A stretch of DNA of 64,000 nt from an uncultured Ruminococcus sp. (GTDB taxonomy: Bacteria > Bacillota > Clostridia > Oscillospirales > Acutalibacteraceae). The notes below the pieces were generated by a model. It ran no database searches. It was not told the DNA's origin and was given only the letters and a program-made list of their open reading frames with translations. Where the stretch lies: positions 892 through 64,891 of the forward strand of contig CADCKR010000013.1 in NCBI GenBank assembly GCA_902802105.1, written 5' to 3'. The translations under genes and the position numbers were made by a program. Position 1 is the first letter of the stretch; the number at the start of each line of letters is the position of its first letter. This document shows positions 63,329-64,000 of the stretch, one piece after another.

Positions 63329-64000
63329 TCAGGTGCTTTTCATGGGCTTGTACATTTTAGCCTTGCCTGCAACTACCGCAAGTGCCTTCGTGATGGCTGT
63401 ACCTATAACAAAGCAGATAACAGCCTCCAATACAGCGTTAACGCCTGCCATAGCAAAGAAAAGTGCAAAAATGTTGTCTGCACCGTTCTTCTCTGCAATG
63501 CCCTTGATTATGTCGGTATTGTAGAAAAGAAGGAAAAGCGTGCTCATAAAGAACAGTGTGTTCATAAGCGGAACCGCAAGGCTCGTTACTGCATAAGAGA
63601 TAAGCTTTGTCTTGTCGATCTTCCTCAGCGCACGGAAAACAAGCCCTCCGAGCCAGCCCTCAAGAATACGCGGCACAAAACAGAGTATCGCGGTTAACCA
63701 CGGGTTAAGCTGAAAAAGTGCGCCGGTAAGTGCGCTTGCTCCGCTTACAGCCTGAATAAAGCTTGTCAGACCGAATATACCGCCCACAATAGCGGAATCC
63801 ACCGGACTGAGCAGCACTGCTGCGATGATAACGGGCACTGTCATAAACGTGATCGAAAGAACGGGCGTTTTAAGGTAGCCGAGCGGCGTGAATGCCATAA
63901 TGAACATTATTGCCGTGAGCAGTCCTAAAAATGCCAGCCTGAAGGTCGGCTTCAGTTCGGGATAAGCTGTCTTTCCCGCCTGCTTGACCGCCTGTGACGA
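63329..64000 (-). CDS. ECF-transporter substrate-specific (S) component, N-terminus outside window
   Basis: The reading frame stays open to the window edge; ~6 TM segments; FTPLGYLK..ITFMTVPVIIAAVLLSP pattern is typical of S components; substrate not assignable. Confidence 0.7.
   Translation of the reverse strand, partial: SSQAVKQAGKTAYPELKPTFRLAFLGLLTAIMFIMAFTPLGYLKTPVLSITFMTVPVIIAAVLLSPVDSAIVGGIFGLTSFIQAVSGASALTGALFQLNPWLTAILCFVPRILEGWLGGLVFRALRKIDKTKLISYAVTSLAVPLMNTLFFMSTLFLLFYNTDIIKGIAEKNGADNIFALFFAMAGVNAVLEAVICFVIGTAITKALAVVAGKAKMYKPMKST

Noticed and set aside
1-64000. Searched for defence systems, prophage, integrase or transposase genes, toxin-antitoxin pairs, retron/DGR reverse transcriptases, and RiPP clusters around the radical-SAM genes
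   Set aside because: None were recognisable. The two radical-SAM genes are canonical hydE and hydG, and no small precursor-peptide ORFs or mobility genes were seen.

Overview
This 64-kb window looks like a chromosomal segment of a moderate-GC Firmicute of class Clostridia. The gene content resembles Ruminococcus/Oscillospiraceae, but that is inference only. About 90% of the window is coding, and most of it is housekeeping. It holds a FASII plus acetyl-CoA carboxylase cluster (fabH-fabD-fabG-fabF-accB-fabZ-accC-accD-accA) and a co-directional trmL / ABC-F / HEPN-like-CBS / mnmA string. It also holds a ribD-ribE-ribBA-ribH operon with a translationally coupled HAD gene, Lrp/AsnC plus an aminotransferase, ispE, an SPFH protein, a LytTR-membrane protein-ABC module, and FtsW/RodA. 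Further on come the [FeFe]-hydrogenase maturation operon (TM1266-like, hydE, hydG, hydF), a patatin-like lipase, YhgE/Pip, pyrC-pyrF, rimP-nusA-ylxR-ylxQ-infB, pcrA, and a partial ECF S-component gene. I saw no rRNA, tRNA, CRISPR array, transposase, integrase, prophage or recognisable defence genes. The less ordinary parts are these: (i) a small protein with an Rx4H HEPN-like N-terminus fused to a CBS pair, wedged between translation and tRNA-wobble genes; (ii) a consensus promoter plus a ~190-nt structured leader with an intrinsic terminator ahead of the hydrogenase-maturase operon; (iii) a MITE-like ~160-170-bp element present twice in opposite orientations, plus several families of short intergenic repeats, including a GGCGCAGAGCCTGCGC palindrome at three loci; (iv) an accessory-looking block at 13.7-19.2 kb with tandem small membrane paralogs, a Cys-rich protein, and an 880-aa zinc-ribbon/repeat/BspA-like LRR protein with four tandem repeat arrays; (v) a 1052-aa membrane protein apparently co-transcribed with pyrC-pyrF; and (vi) a rib operon with no recognisable FMN riboswitch. 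All functional calls come from reading the translated motifs, and no database search was run.
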